Positions 39,008 to 47,818 of a stretch of DNA of 64,000 nt are shown one piece after another. The notes beneath the pieces were generated by a model. That model was not told the origin of the DNA, searched no databases, and worked only from the letters and a program-made list of their open reading frames with translations. Source of the stretch: an uncultured Ruminococcus sp. (GTDB lineage: Bacteria > Bacillota > Clostridia > Oscillospirales > Ruminococcaceae); NCBI GenBank assembly GCA_910579835.1, contig CAJTWQ010000001.1, positions 57,798 through 121,797 on the forward strand, written 5' to 3'. Within the stretch, counting starts at the first letter, position 1, and each line of letters begins with the position of its first letter. The translations under genes were made by a program, and so were the position numbers.

Positions 39008-40531
39008 TTATTTCCATGTTGAGAGAAATTCTTCTCCTGTTTCAAGTCTTTTTATATTTTCAATAAGATTATCAACATACGTTCGGCTTCCAAAAAATCT
39101 GCATTCCCCGTCCACAGTAATCAGAACGGTCAGCGGAGAATACTCGTAAAAAGCGACCTTCTGCGTTGTGTTAAGATAACCGTCCGAATAGCTGATCTCA
39201 ACAAGGGGGGGAGCTCCGGAAAGCTTTTCATTAAACGCCAAATCTTCTGCATCTGCGTCCAGAACGTATTTATAGAAAAGTCTGAAACGCTCGTAATCTA
39301 TGTCATTGCCGTTAAGAGTGGCTGTAAAATCTTCAGAGCTGTTGTTTTCGCCGTTCGGGTCGATGGGAGCGAGTATAAACTGCTTTGACTCTCCCGTGCC
39401 GAGCTTAATGGAAAGCTCGGTGAGATTCCATACAGTGCTGCCGACTATTCTGGGCGAAGCAATATCTACGGGCTTTACCGTTGACCATACCGCCTTTTCC
39501 TCGGACAAAGTATAGATTACATTGCCGTCTTCAAACATTGCATAGCAGAATTGTCCGTCATCCTCATTTGACTGCATTTTGCTAAACAGCAGAACGTAGT
39601 CGTTTCCGTCGTCGCATTTCATTTCTGTGCGACAGAACGGCTTGTCAAGACCGGCATTTTTCTTGTCAGTATCGGTACAGAGGTAGGAGTAAATATCGTC
39701 GGCTGTCAGTCCGAACATTCCGTGGGTGATTTTAGAGGACTGCTCAACCGAAAGATATGCTTTTATCGGCTCGACCATTTCGTGTGTAGCAAACGTTCCT
39801 CCCGCATTGCTGTCCGAGGTCGTTTCGTTTGATTCAAGAACTATCCTGTAATCAAGATCTTCTCTTTCCAGCGTCAGCGTTCCAACTATGGGCATTTCGT
39901 CATCCGGCGGCGATTCGAGCAGAGTTTTGTTTATAAAATCCTTAACGGACTTGCTGTAATTGGAAAAACGGCTGTTTTCAACAAGATATACAGCGCTGCT
40001 TCCCTCTACCCTGAAATATGAGGTTGCGGTATTTCCAGGGTTTTTAATTCCCACATAATATTTAACCGTTTTTCCCGATTCGAACGTCATCTCGGCAGAA
40101 ATTTCCGGATCGTCAAGGCCGTATTTTGAAAAATCGTTACAGTTTTCAGCAATAATTCCGGCAGATTCAAGTCCATTCACATTATTGACAATGGTTGCGA
40201 TCATCCCTGTTTCCATATTAAGCTCTTCGCAGCCCTTGATATTGTACTTTGCTGCTGTTTCTCCCGAAGGATGCTCGGTCATAATAACATCGTATTCATC
40301 GCTGCGGTTCTTAACATGGACCTTTGCGACCGCACTCTTTTCCGTTCCATCGTCGGCAACAAGCACAACACCGCTGCCTTCCGCTGCTGTTGCTTCCTCC
40401 GATGCTGGCTGACTGCCGCTGTCGGAATTATCGTTTCCGGACTTATCCGTAAGCTTCATCGCAGCCAGACCTCCTCCAAGCACTGCAAGCACGCTGCCCA
40501 GAGCGATTATTCCTTTAACCTCTTTTTTCAT
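39008..40531 (-). CDS. DUF4340-like membrane-anchored protein
   Basis: N-terminal TM, YGLDDP and AGLDKP repeats; follows a Gld-like ABC system. Confidence 0.78.
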   Translation of the reverse strand: MKKEVKGIIALGSVLAVLGGGLAAMKLTDKSGNDNSDSGSQPASEEATAAEGSGVVLVADDGTEKSAVAKVHVKNRSDEYDVIMTEHPSGETAAKYNIKGCEELNMETGMIATIVNNVNGLESAGIIAENCNDFSKYGLDDPEISAEMTFESGKTVKYYVGIKNPGNTATSYFRVEGSSAVYLVENSRFSNYSKSVKDFINKTLLESPPDDEMPIVGTLTLEREDLDYRIVLESNETTSDSNAGGTFATHEMVEPIKAYLSVEQSSKITHGMFGLTADDIYSYLCTDTDKKNAGLDKPFCRTEMKCDDGNDYVLLFSKMQSNEDDGQFCYAMFEDGNVIYTLSEEKAVWSTVKPVDIASPRIVGSTVWNLTELSIKLGTGESKQFILAPIDPNGENNSSEDFTATLNGNDIDYERFRLFYKYVLDADAEDLAFNEKLSGAPPLVEISYSDGYLNTTQKVAFYEYSPLTVLITVDGECRFFGSRTYVDNLIENIKRLETGEEFLSTWK

Positions 40532-42183
40532 CGGTTTCTTCTCCTTATGAGTACGGCAAGACCAGCCAGCGCAACGGCTGCGGAAACGGCGATTATTACG
40601 ATCTTTATCACCTTTGATTCAGCGGGTGAAGGAGCAATATAATTCTGCTGAATAGATTTTTCCGGTATAACAGCCTGTACTTCTTTGTCGTTGGCGATAT
40701 TCAGGATATTAACGACGGCGTTGGCGTTGTTGTAGGTTCCTGTCTGCTGGATATACTCCTTTTTGAACATATCGCTGCTGCCAAACACGATAACACGGCT
40801 TGAAAGTACGTTGTACTGGTCAACAGTATCCTGAATGCTTCTTTTAGATATAGCCGCGCCAAGCCTCTGCCCCATAGTTACATCGTTTTCAGTTCCTTCT
40901 GCTATAGAAATGGTGTAAGCCTGGGGAGACGATGCGAGAACGGGCGTGGTCTTATTCTGGTTGTTCTTGTTGAGGAGCAAAATTGATCTCGTCATAGGGG
41001 CAAGTATCGGCAGAGAATCGTTGGGAAGAGTGCCCACAGAATCCTTGTCGCCCACAAAAAGCATGATATTGCGCGGATCGCTGCCCATATAATATGTTTC
41101 GTCCACAATTCCTCTTTTTTCTATCTCCAGACTCCAGTCGGAAAGAAATTCGTCGAGATTAGGCGAATCAATATTCGTCAGGCTGGGGATATACACAAGA
41201 TTCTTGCCGTATTTTTCGTTGTTGTAGAGAAAGTCCTGAATTTTTTCTATGCTTTCGTTTGTAAGATCGTTCATCGGCATAGGAAGAACGAGCATATCGT
41301 ATTTTTCGGTATCGAGACTGTCCTTTATAATATCTATGTCCGTGCATTCATAGCCGTTTTTGCTGAGAAGCTCGTCTTTTATCGAGGCTGCTTTTGCAGC
41401 GTCGTCTGTGCTGTAGATATTTTGTCCGTTAGCCGTATTAATGAAAGCGGTTTTGATAATATTTGTATCCACAACGTTCATAATATCGGATGTAAGCCTG
41501 CTTTCTCCGGCAAAAACAAGAGCGAAAGTATTGTTCTTCATCGCGGCCTCGTCAACGGCAAGCATTCCGACTATATTATCAGCAGAAAGAACTCTTACGT
41601 TATCGCCGGAAGAGATTACTATGTTTTCCTTGGTGATCTCTCCGCCGCTGTAATTAGCCTGATATTTATTAATGGAATCGGGGTCGACGCTGAGATCGAC
41701 ATATTTTACGGTAACGCTGCCCTTGCCGTCTCCCTGTCTTGAGTACATTTCGTATTTTTCAAGGATAACAGGGATCATATCGTAAGGCACGTCAATACTT
41801 TCATTGTAATTGGTTCCGTAATACTGATTCATCATACGCAGCTGATAACTCCAGTTATTGGAATAGAGCTCTGATAAGGTATCAAAGGAACTTTTCGGCA
41901 TAGTCACAAGAATATCAACATCCTTGTCCAGATTTTTGAGAACGTCTATAGTTTCACCGCTGAGGTCGTATCTTTTGTCGCCGGTCAGATCAATTTTCAT
42001 TGGACGGCGCTTTTCCATTTCGCCAGCCATAATATTTATCACTGCCACGATAGCCACAACGATTATTATGGTGATAACGGACATTGAACCGTATTTTATT
42101 TTCTTTATTCCGCCTGCCTTTTTGGCGGCGTCTTCGGCGGAATCATGCACTTTTGTTTCGTCTGTGATTTCTTTTTTCTTCAT
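40528..42183 (-). CDS. GldG-like ABC auxiliary component
   Basis: IDLTGDKRYDLS, GESRLTS, N- and C-terminal TM helices. Confidence 0.82.
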   Translation of the reverse strand: MKKKEITDETKVHDSAEDAAKKAGGIKKIKYGSMSVITIIIVVAIVAVINIMAGEMEKRRPMKIDLTGDKRYDLSGETIDVLKNLDKDVDILVTMPKSSFDTLSELYSNNWSYQLRMMNQYYGTNYNESIDVPYDMIPVILEKYEMYSRQGDGKGSVTVKYVDLSVDPDSINKYQANYSGGEITKENIVISSGDNVRVLSADNIVGMLAVDEAAMKNNTFALVFAGESRLTSDIMNVVDTNIIKTAFINTANGQNIYSTDDAAKAASIKDELLSKNGYECTDIDIIKDSLDTEKYDMLVLPMPMNDLTNESIEKIQDFLYNNEKYGKNLVYIPSLTNIDSPNLDEFLSDWSLEIEKRGIVDETYYMGSDPRNIMLFVGDKDSVGTLPNDSLPILAPMTRSILLLNKNNQNKTTPVLASSPQAYTISIAEGTENDVTMGQRLGAAISKRSIQDTVDQYNVLSSRVIVFGSSDMFKKEYIQQTGTYNNANAVVNILNIANDKEVQAVIPEKSIQQNYIAPSPAESKVIKIVIIAVSAAVALAGLAVLIRRRNR

Positions 42184-42212
42184 GATATATCATACCTTCC
42201 TTTCATTTGTTA

Positions 42213-42920
42213 TCAGCTCCAGCGTCTCTTCTCCATAACTCTTACGGTAAAGAAATTAAAGAGAAACGCCGTGCTCAGGAAGAAAAGAATACTTGACATA
42301 CTGAAAACGCCTTTGGTAAATTCAAAATATCTTGTACGGAAAGACAGAGCCGTCAGAAAATCATGGATCTTATTGTTAGATACCCTGATAAGCAGCGTTT
42401 CGTCAAAGAAGTAGAATATCAGCATTACCACAAAGCTTACAACAGCGGCAGCCATTTGATTTTCGGTAAGAGAGGATACGAAAACGCCTATTGCAATAAA
42501 CGCGGCTCCCAGAAAAAGCATAGCGGTAAAGTTGCCGATAAGCGACGCCCATACAACGCTGCCAAGATATTTTAGTATAAGAGCGTAGACGAAAATAATG
42601 CATTCTGCGATCACAAAGAGAGTGAATGCAGCCAGATATTTTCCCAGAACAATTTCCCACAGGTTTATAGGAGCCGTAAGCAGCCCCTGATCCGTCCTGT
42701 TTTTCTTTTCCTCGCTCAGCAGTCTCATGGTGAGAACGGGGATAAGGAAAATGAACATAATGAACATACTTGCAAACATCGGAGAAGTGTCCGATATTCC
42801 CGACTCAATTACATCGGTATAGAAGTAATATCCGGAAAAGGCGTAGAATACGGTAAGAAAAACATATCCAAGACCGGATGTAAAAAACGAACTCATTTCA
42901 CGTCTGTATATAGCACCCAT
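42213..42920 (-). CDS. ABC-2 permease (GldF-like)
   Basis: LTMRLLSEEKKNRTDQGLLTAP, IVLGKYLA. Confidence 0.88.
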   Translation of the reverse strand: MGAIYRREMSSFFTSGLGYVFLTVFYAFSGYYFYTDVIESGISDTSPMFASMFIMFIFLIPVLTMRLLSEEKKNRTDQGLLTAPINLWEIVLGKYLAAFTLFVIAECIIFVYALILKYLGSVVWASLIGNFTAMLFLGAAFIAIGVFVSSLTENQMAAAVVSFVVMLIFYFFDETLLIRVSNNKIHDFLTALSFRTRYFEFTKGVFSMSSILFFLSTAFLFNFFTVRVMEKRRWS

Positions 42921-44020
42921 TATTTTTCACCTCCTGCCGATTCCGCTTCGTCCGGTTTTGATTCTTCGGACTTTTTCTCATCGGAAGCGTCGTCTTCGCT
43001 GCTGTTATTAGTTACAAGATTTATTCTGGGACGCGGCTTCTTTTCCTTTTTTTCATTGTTCAGATCAATATGCTCGCCCATTGTTATTTTAAGGAAGATG
43101 TCCTCAAGGGTCAGGTCGGACAACTGAAGCATCATGATATTCCAGTCATTTTCCCGGCATACTTTATTTATCTCACGGCGAACGTCGGTCTTGCCGTCTG
43201 TTTCAATATCGTAATCATAAATTCCTTTTTCACGCTCCATATCGGCACGAACGTATTTTACGCCGTTTATACTGCGCAGAACGGATGTGATCTTCTCTTT
43301 ATCCGCAGAAGTATGCGTTTCACCCTCGATGCGGAGCGTCATCTTGTGCTCGTTGGTGATATTTTTTGCAATTTCATCGGCTGTGCCGTCAGCGGCCACT
43401 GTTCCTTTATTGATAATGATTATCCTGTCGCATACAGCCTGAATTTCAGGCAGTATATGGGATGAAAGGATAACCGTATGCTTCTTGCCCAGCTTTTTTA
43501 TCAGCGATCTTATCTCAATTATCTGATTGGGGTCAAGACCTACGGTAGGCTCGTCAAGAATAAGCACCGGCGGATTATTTATAAGCGCCTGCGCCAGACC
43601 TACTCTCTGCTTGTAGCCCTTTGAAAGATTTCTGATAACCCGTTTCCGAACGTCCGTTATCTTGCATAGACCGCATACATCTTCAAGATGCGCTCTTCTC
43701 GGAAGTTTGCACTTTTTCAGGTCAAACATAAAATTGAGATATGCGTCAACTGTCATATCAAAATAAAGAGGCGGTATCTCCGGCAGATAGCCGATATTTG
43801 CTTTTGCCTCCTTAGGCTGTTCAAGAATATCCTTTCCGTTTATAAGGATATGTCCAGACGTTGACGAAATATATCCCGTAAGCATATTCATAGTCGTAGA
43901 TTTTCCGGCTCCGTTGGGGCCGAGGAATCCCAGAATCTCTCCCTTTTCGACCGTAAAGCTTATATCGTTTACAGCAAGCTTGTCACCGTATCTTTTCGTA
44001 AGGTTTTTAACCTCTATCAT
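42920..44020 (-). CDS. ABC transporter ATP-binding protein (GldA-like)
   Basis: GPNGAGKST, LSKGYKQR, LDEPT, SSH. Confidence 0.92.
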   Translation of the reverse strand: MIEVKNLTKRYGDKLAVNDISFTVEKGEILGFLGPNGAGKSTTMNMLTGYISSTSGHILINGKDILEQPKEAKANIGYLPEIPPLYFDMTVDAYLNFMFDLKKCKLPRRAHLEDVCGLCKITDVRKRVIRNLSKGYKQRVGLAQALINNPPVLILDEPTVGLDPNQIIEIRSLIKKLGKKHTVILSSHILPEIQAVCDRIIIINKGTVAADGTADEIAKNITNEHKMTLRIEGETHTSADKEKITSVLRSINGVKYVRADMEREKGIYDYDIETDGKTDVRREINKVCRENDWNIMMLQLSDLTLEDIFLKITMGEHIDLNNEKKEKKPRPRINLVTNNSSEDDASDEKKSEESKPDEAESAGGEK

Positions 44021-44113
44021 TAGGTTTCCTCCTTAATTTTTCTTATGATATATATTAATAGTATCTCCACATTGTGAAAACACAGTGAAAATACTCTGAA
44101 TTTTTCTGAATAT

Positions 44114-44986
44114 TTATTTATTGCTCAATAAACTATATGATATATCTTTTGAGATCTGCTCTTTAAGCTCTTCCAAGGAATTAAATTTCATCTCCGGACG
44201 TATAAATCCACGCAGTTCAACGTTAAGTTCTCTGCCGTACAGATCACCCGTAAATCCAATAATATGAGTCTCTGCCAGAGGGGAAGAATCTCCGCCTATA
44301 GTCGGTTTCACGCCTATATTCGTCACCGATTCATAATGCCATCTTCCAATCAGTACCGACGAAGCGTACACCCCGAATTTCGGCACAAGCTGTCCATCAT
44401 AAAAAAGCTGGTTCACTGTGGGAAAGTCAAGTGTCCTGCCGATCTGTCTGCCATGGACTATCCTGCCGGAGATCATATACGATCTGCCCAGCAGCTCTGC
44501 CGCCTCTGTCACATCGCCCTCACTGAGCAGACTGCGTATCCTGCCGGAGGAAACAGCCTTTCCACCGTAAAGAACATCCTCTGATACACGCACCTCAAAA
44601 CCGTATTTTCTGCCCAGAGCAGCAAGCTCATTTATACCGCAGGAAGCATCTCTGCCAAAACGAAAATCCCTGCCGCAGGCTACAGAAGCAGCATTCAGCT
44701 TTCCGGCAATGATATTTTCTGCAAATTCACTGCCGCTCATATCTCGTATATCTGAAAAATTCTCGCTGAATATCTTTCTGATTCCCAGAGATTTTATAAT
44801 AGCTGATTTTTGTTCATCGGTGTAGATATATTCGATAACCCGCCCCTGCTTTGTATGGAGGGATGTATTATTAAATGTGAAAACAGCAGAAAACTTGCTG
44901 TCCTCTGTTAGTTTCATGACCGCTCTGTGACCAAGGTGAACACCGTCGAATATACCCAGAGCAACGGATTTTTTTCTTCTCCGCAT
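44114..44986 (-). CDS. ribF: Riboflavin kinase/FAD synthetase
   Basis: GIFDGVHLGH, VSSGRIR, FPTVN, NIGVKPT. Confidence 0.95.
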   Translation of the reverse strand: MRRRKKSVALGIFDGVHLGHRAVMKLTEDSKFSAVFTFNNTSLHTKQGRVIEYIYTDEQKSAIIKSLGIRKIFSENFSDIRDMSGSEFAENIIAGKLNAASVACGRDFRFGRDASCGINELAALGRKYGFEVRVSEDVLYGGKAVSSGRIRSLLSEGDVTEAAELLGRSYMISGRIVHGRQIGRTLDFPTVNQLFYDGQLVPKFGVYASSVLIGRWHYESVTNIGVKPTIGGDSSPLAETHIIGFTGDLYGRELNVELRGFIRPEMKFNSLEELKEQISKDISYSLLSNK

Positions 44987-44995
44987 AGTTTCACC

Positions 44996-45889
44996 TCAGT
45001 TAAAATTTTTTTCCACACGAAGCTCTCCGGCGTCACGGTCGATGACGGCGGTGCCGATAAAGCATTTGTCAGCGCTGTAAACGCTGTATCTGTCTGCATT
45101 GGGGCGAATGTTATTTATCCTGTTTGTATCAAGCTTAACGCCGCAGCGGTACATCCTGGTCTGTACCGGATTAAGGCGCAGCTTTGGCAGCGAATCGAAT
45201 ATCCGCTCAACGGGGATGATAAGCTCCTCTATTCTTCCATCGTCCCTTGCTTTCTGAATTTCCTCCAGGGTATAGCAGTCATTACAGTTAAATCCGCCGG
45301 AGCCTGTACGGATAAGGGACGTCATAATTCCTCCGCAGCCCAATTTTTCTCCGATGTCGTGAATGATAGTTCGGATATAAGTACCCTTTCCGCAGTGAAC
45401 TTCCATAGTTCCCTCACGGATTTCGGCGCTGTATTCTGTGATACGCAGACTTTTTATTTCTGTTTCACGGGGCGTACGTTCAACTTCTATTCCTTGTCTT
45501 GCCAGATCGTAGAGACGCTTTCCTCCCACCTGAACCGCAGAGTACATAGGAGGAAGCTGCATGATACGTCCGGTGAATTTGGGGATTACGGCTTCAAGTT
45601 CTCCGCGGCTCACAGCCTTATCGGAAACAGACAGAATTTTTCCCGTAATATCCTGAGTGTCCGAGATTTCACCAAATCTGAATCCGGCGAGATAGCTTTT
45701 ATCCGTATCCGGCATTATATCGCAGGCCTTGGTGGCAGTTCCTACAAAAACCGGCAGAACTCCGGTAGCCATGGGATCGAGAGTACCGCCGTGTCCGAGA
45801 CGTCTTATCTGCAATATTCCGCGAAGCTTTGCAATAACGTCAAATGATGTGAAATCACATGGCTTGTTCACGCACAGGATACCGTTCAT
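44996..45889 (-). CDS. truB: tRNA pseudouridine(55) synthase
   Basis: GHGGTLDPMATGVL, PPMYSA, KGTYIR. Confidence 0.95.
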   Translation of the reverse strand: MNGILCVNKPCDFTSFDVIAKLRGILQIRRLGHGGTLDPMATGVLPVFVGTATKACDIMPDTDKSYLAGFRFGEISDTQDITGKILSVSDKAVSRGELEAVIPKFTGRIMQLPPMYSAVQVGGKRLYDLARQGIEVERTPRETEIKSLRITEYSAEIREGTMEVHCGKGTYIRTIIHDIGEKLGCGGIMTSLIRTGSGGFNCNDCYTLEEIQKARDDGRIEELIIPVERIFDSLPKLRLNPVQTRMYRCGVKLDTNRINNIRPNADRYSVYSADKCFIGTAVIDRDAGELRVEKNFN

Positions 45890-46836
45890 GGCATTGCCTT
45901 TCCTACGGCTTCCACAAGGATTTTCTTTACATCCCTCAGGTTCCCTGTCAGGGCGCATCCGGCAGCTTTTTCGTGGCCGCCTCCGCCCAGCGTCTGGCAG
46001 ACAGCCGATACGTTAATGTCTCCTGTAGAGCGCATGGATATTTTATATTCTCCGTCAGACTTTTCCTTTATAGTGATTCCTACCTCTACTCCCTCAACTT
46101 TAAGCGGCAGCGATGCGCAGCCGTCCAGCTCGTTAAAATCAACGCCCAGACGGCCAAGCATCTCTTTTGTAATGCATACCATAGTGAGCCTGTTGTCAAG
46201 ATAATACTCCATAACGTCGATAACTGCGCTTTCCATTTTCAGCATGCCCTTTGTTTTTATATCAAACATTTCCCGGTTTATCCGGGCGTAGTTAAGCTTA
46301 TGACTGCGCATAAGCTCGGAGACGATCTCATGAGTTTCCGCACTTGTATTTTCATACTTAAAACAGCCCGTATCCGTAGCCAGACCGGTATATATGCATG
46401 CTGCCCCGTAGTCCGAAAGCTCCTCCTCCATAGCGCATATCAGACGGTAAAGTACCTCGCAGGCAGCCGCGCTTTCCGTTCCGAGAAGAGTTTTTGCCGC
46501 ATATCCGGTGTTGGAGATATGATGATCGATGCACAGGTCGATTCTTTTGCCATAAATCTCCTCATACCTGCCAAGCAGCTTAATATCGGCTACGTCTACA
46601 GCAATAACGGTATCGGGCTCAAAGTCCGGAACATTGTCTGTATCGGTTATATAGCTAAACTTTTTCGGAAAAGGGTCGGAACAGAGAACTGCGCTCCTTT
46701 TTCCCATTCTTCCGAGTATATCATGGAGAGCAAAACCGGTTCCGATACAGTCGCCGTCGGGACTTTGATGAGTAAGAATATATACATTATCGCAGTTTTT
46801 CAGGAATTCCGCCGCTTCTTTATAACCAATCCGCAT
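45886..46836 (-). CDS. nrnA: DHH/DHHA1 oligoribonuclease/PAP phosphatase
   Basis: HQSPDGD, IDHH, TDTG, GGGHEKAAG. Confidence 0.9.
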   Translation of the reverse strand: MRIGYKEAAEFLKNCDNVYILTHQSPDGDCIGTGFALHDILGRMGKRSAVLCSDPFPKKFSYITDTDNVPDFEPDTVIAVDVADIKLLGRYEEIYGKRIDLCIDHHISNTGYAAKTLLGTESAAACEVLYRLICAMEEELSDYGAACIYTGLATDTGCFKYENTSAETHEIVSELMRSHKLNYARINREMFDIKTKGMLKMESAVIDVMEYYLDNRLTMVCITKEMLGRLGVDFNELDGCASLPLKVEGVEVGITIKEKSDGEYKISMRSTGDINVSAVCQTLGGGGHEKAAGCALTGNLRDVKKILVEAVGKAMP

Positions 46837-46851
46837 AAAATCACCTCCGTA

Positions 46852-47187
46852 TTACAGTTCGCTGAGTTTTCTGCTGATTTCAGCGCTTCTTTCGATAGAG
46901 TTGTCTGCAATGAAAGTAAGCTCTGGCGACTTGCGCATTTTGAGTCTGTGAAAAAGCTCTCTGCGTATAAAACCGGAGGCGCTTTTAAGTCCTTTTACCG
47001 ATTCCTGCGCCCTTTCTATTCCATCAAAGCTGGAAACGTATATTTTGCAGCTTGACATATCGCCGGAAAGCTCCGTTCGCACGACCGTCAGCATTTTGTC
47101 GATTCTAGGATCTTTAAGCTCCCGAAGAATCGCTGTCATTTCTCTTTTTATATCTTCAGCCATTCGGCTTCCTTTAAAATTCGGCAT
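46852..47187 (-). CDS. rbfA: Ribosome-binding factor A
   Basis: LKDPRI, SASGFIR, PELTFIADNS. Confidence 0.95.
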   Translation of the reverse strand: MPNFKGSRMAEDIKREMTAILRELKDPRIDKMLTVVRTELSGDMSSCKIYVSSFDGIERAQESVKGLKSASGFIRRELFHRLKMRKSPELTFIADNSIERSAEISRKLSEL

Positions 47188-47205
47188 AATATCCTTTCAT
47201 ATCTT

Positions 47206-47781
47206 TCAGAGGTTTACAATAAATCCCTTACCGGCGTCAGTTTTTTCTTCACTATTCTCACTGCTGTTCTCCACGGAATCTGTCTTTGCAGGAACAGTGC
47301 ATGGAACTTCGGGCTGATTCTGCTGTTGGCAGGAATTTTCATCCGTTCCGGCGGCAAAAGGTGCGGAAAAGACGCGCCCGGTATCTTGTGAAGCTGGAAT
47401 TCTATCGTTATTCAGGGTATGCTCCGGTTTATCGTCTCCGGCAGGAGCTTCAAAGAAGCCGTTTCCGAACAGATCATCGGAAAAAGCCACATCTTCCGCG
47501 CTTATACTGTAATCGGGAATCTCGTCGTCCCCTTCCTCATTATAATAAATGTCTGCGTACTTATGATATTCGGGTTCAAGCTCCTTGTCACTTACAGGGC
47601 GCTCTATTCCCATAAGGTCATCGTAAGCGTCCTCCTGCTCTTCTGCTGCGCTGCACTGACCAAGAAGGATCCTCTTTACCGATTCAAAAAAGTAAATGTC
47701 AACAGGACCGAAATCTTCCCATGCCAGCGCTTCTTCACAGTATTGAAGCATATCGGCTGTGCTCATTCTGTTATATTTCAT
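47206..47781 (-). CDS. Acidic hypothetical protein between infB and rbfA
   Basis: AAAGGGGG RBS, 191 aa, fills the gap in the operon; Asp/Glu-rich, low complexity. Confidence 0.65.
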   Translation of the reverse strand: MKYNRMSTADMLQYCEEALAWEDFGPVDIYFFESVKRILLGQCSAAEEQEDAYDDLMGIERPVSDKELEPEYHKYADIYYNEEGDDEIPDYSISAEDVAFSDDLFGNGFFEAPAGDDKPEHTLNNDRIPASQDTGRVFSAPFAAGTDENSCQQQNQPEVPCTVPAKTDSVENSSENSEEKTDAGKGFIVNL

Positions 47782-47818
47782 TAGTATGCCCCCCTTTGCG
47801 CCGTATTTCCGCCGGCTT

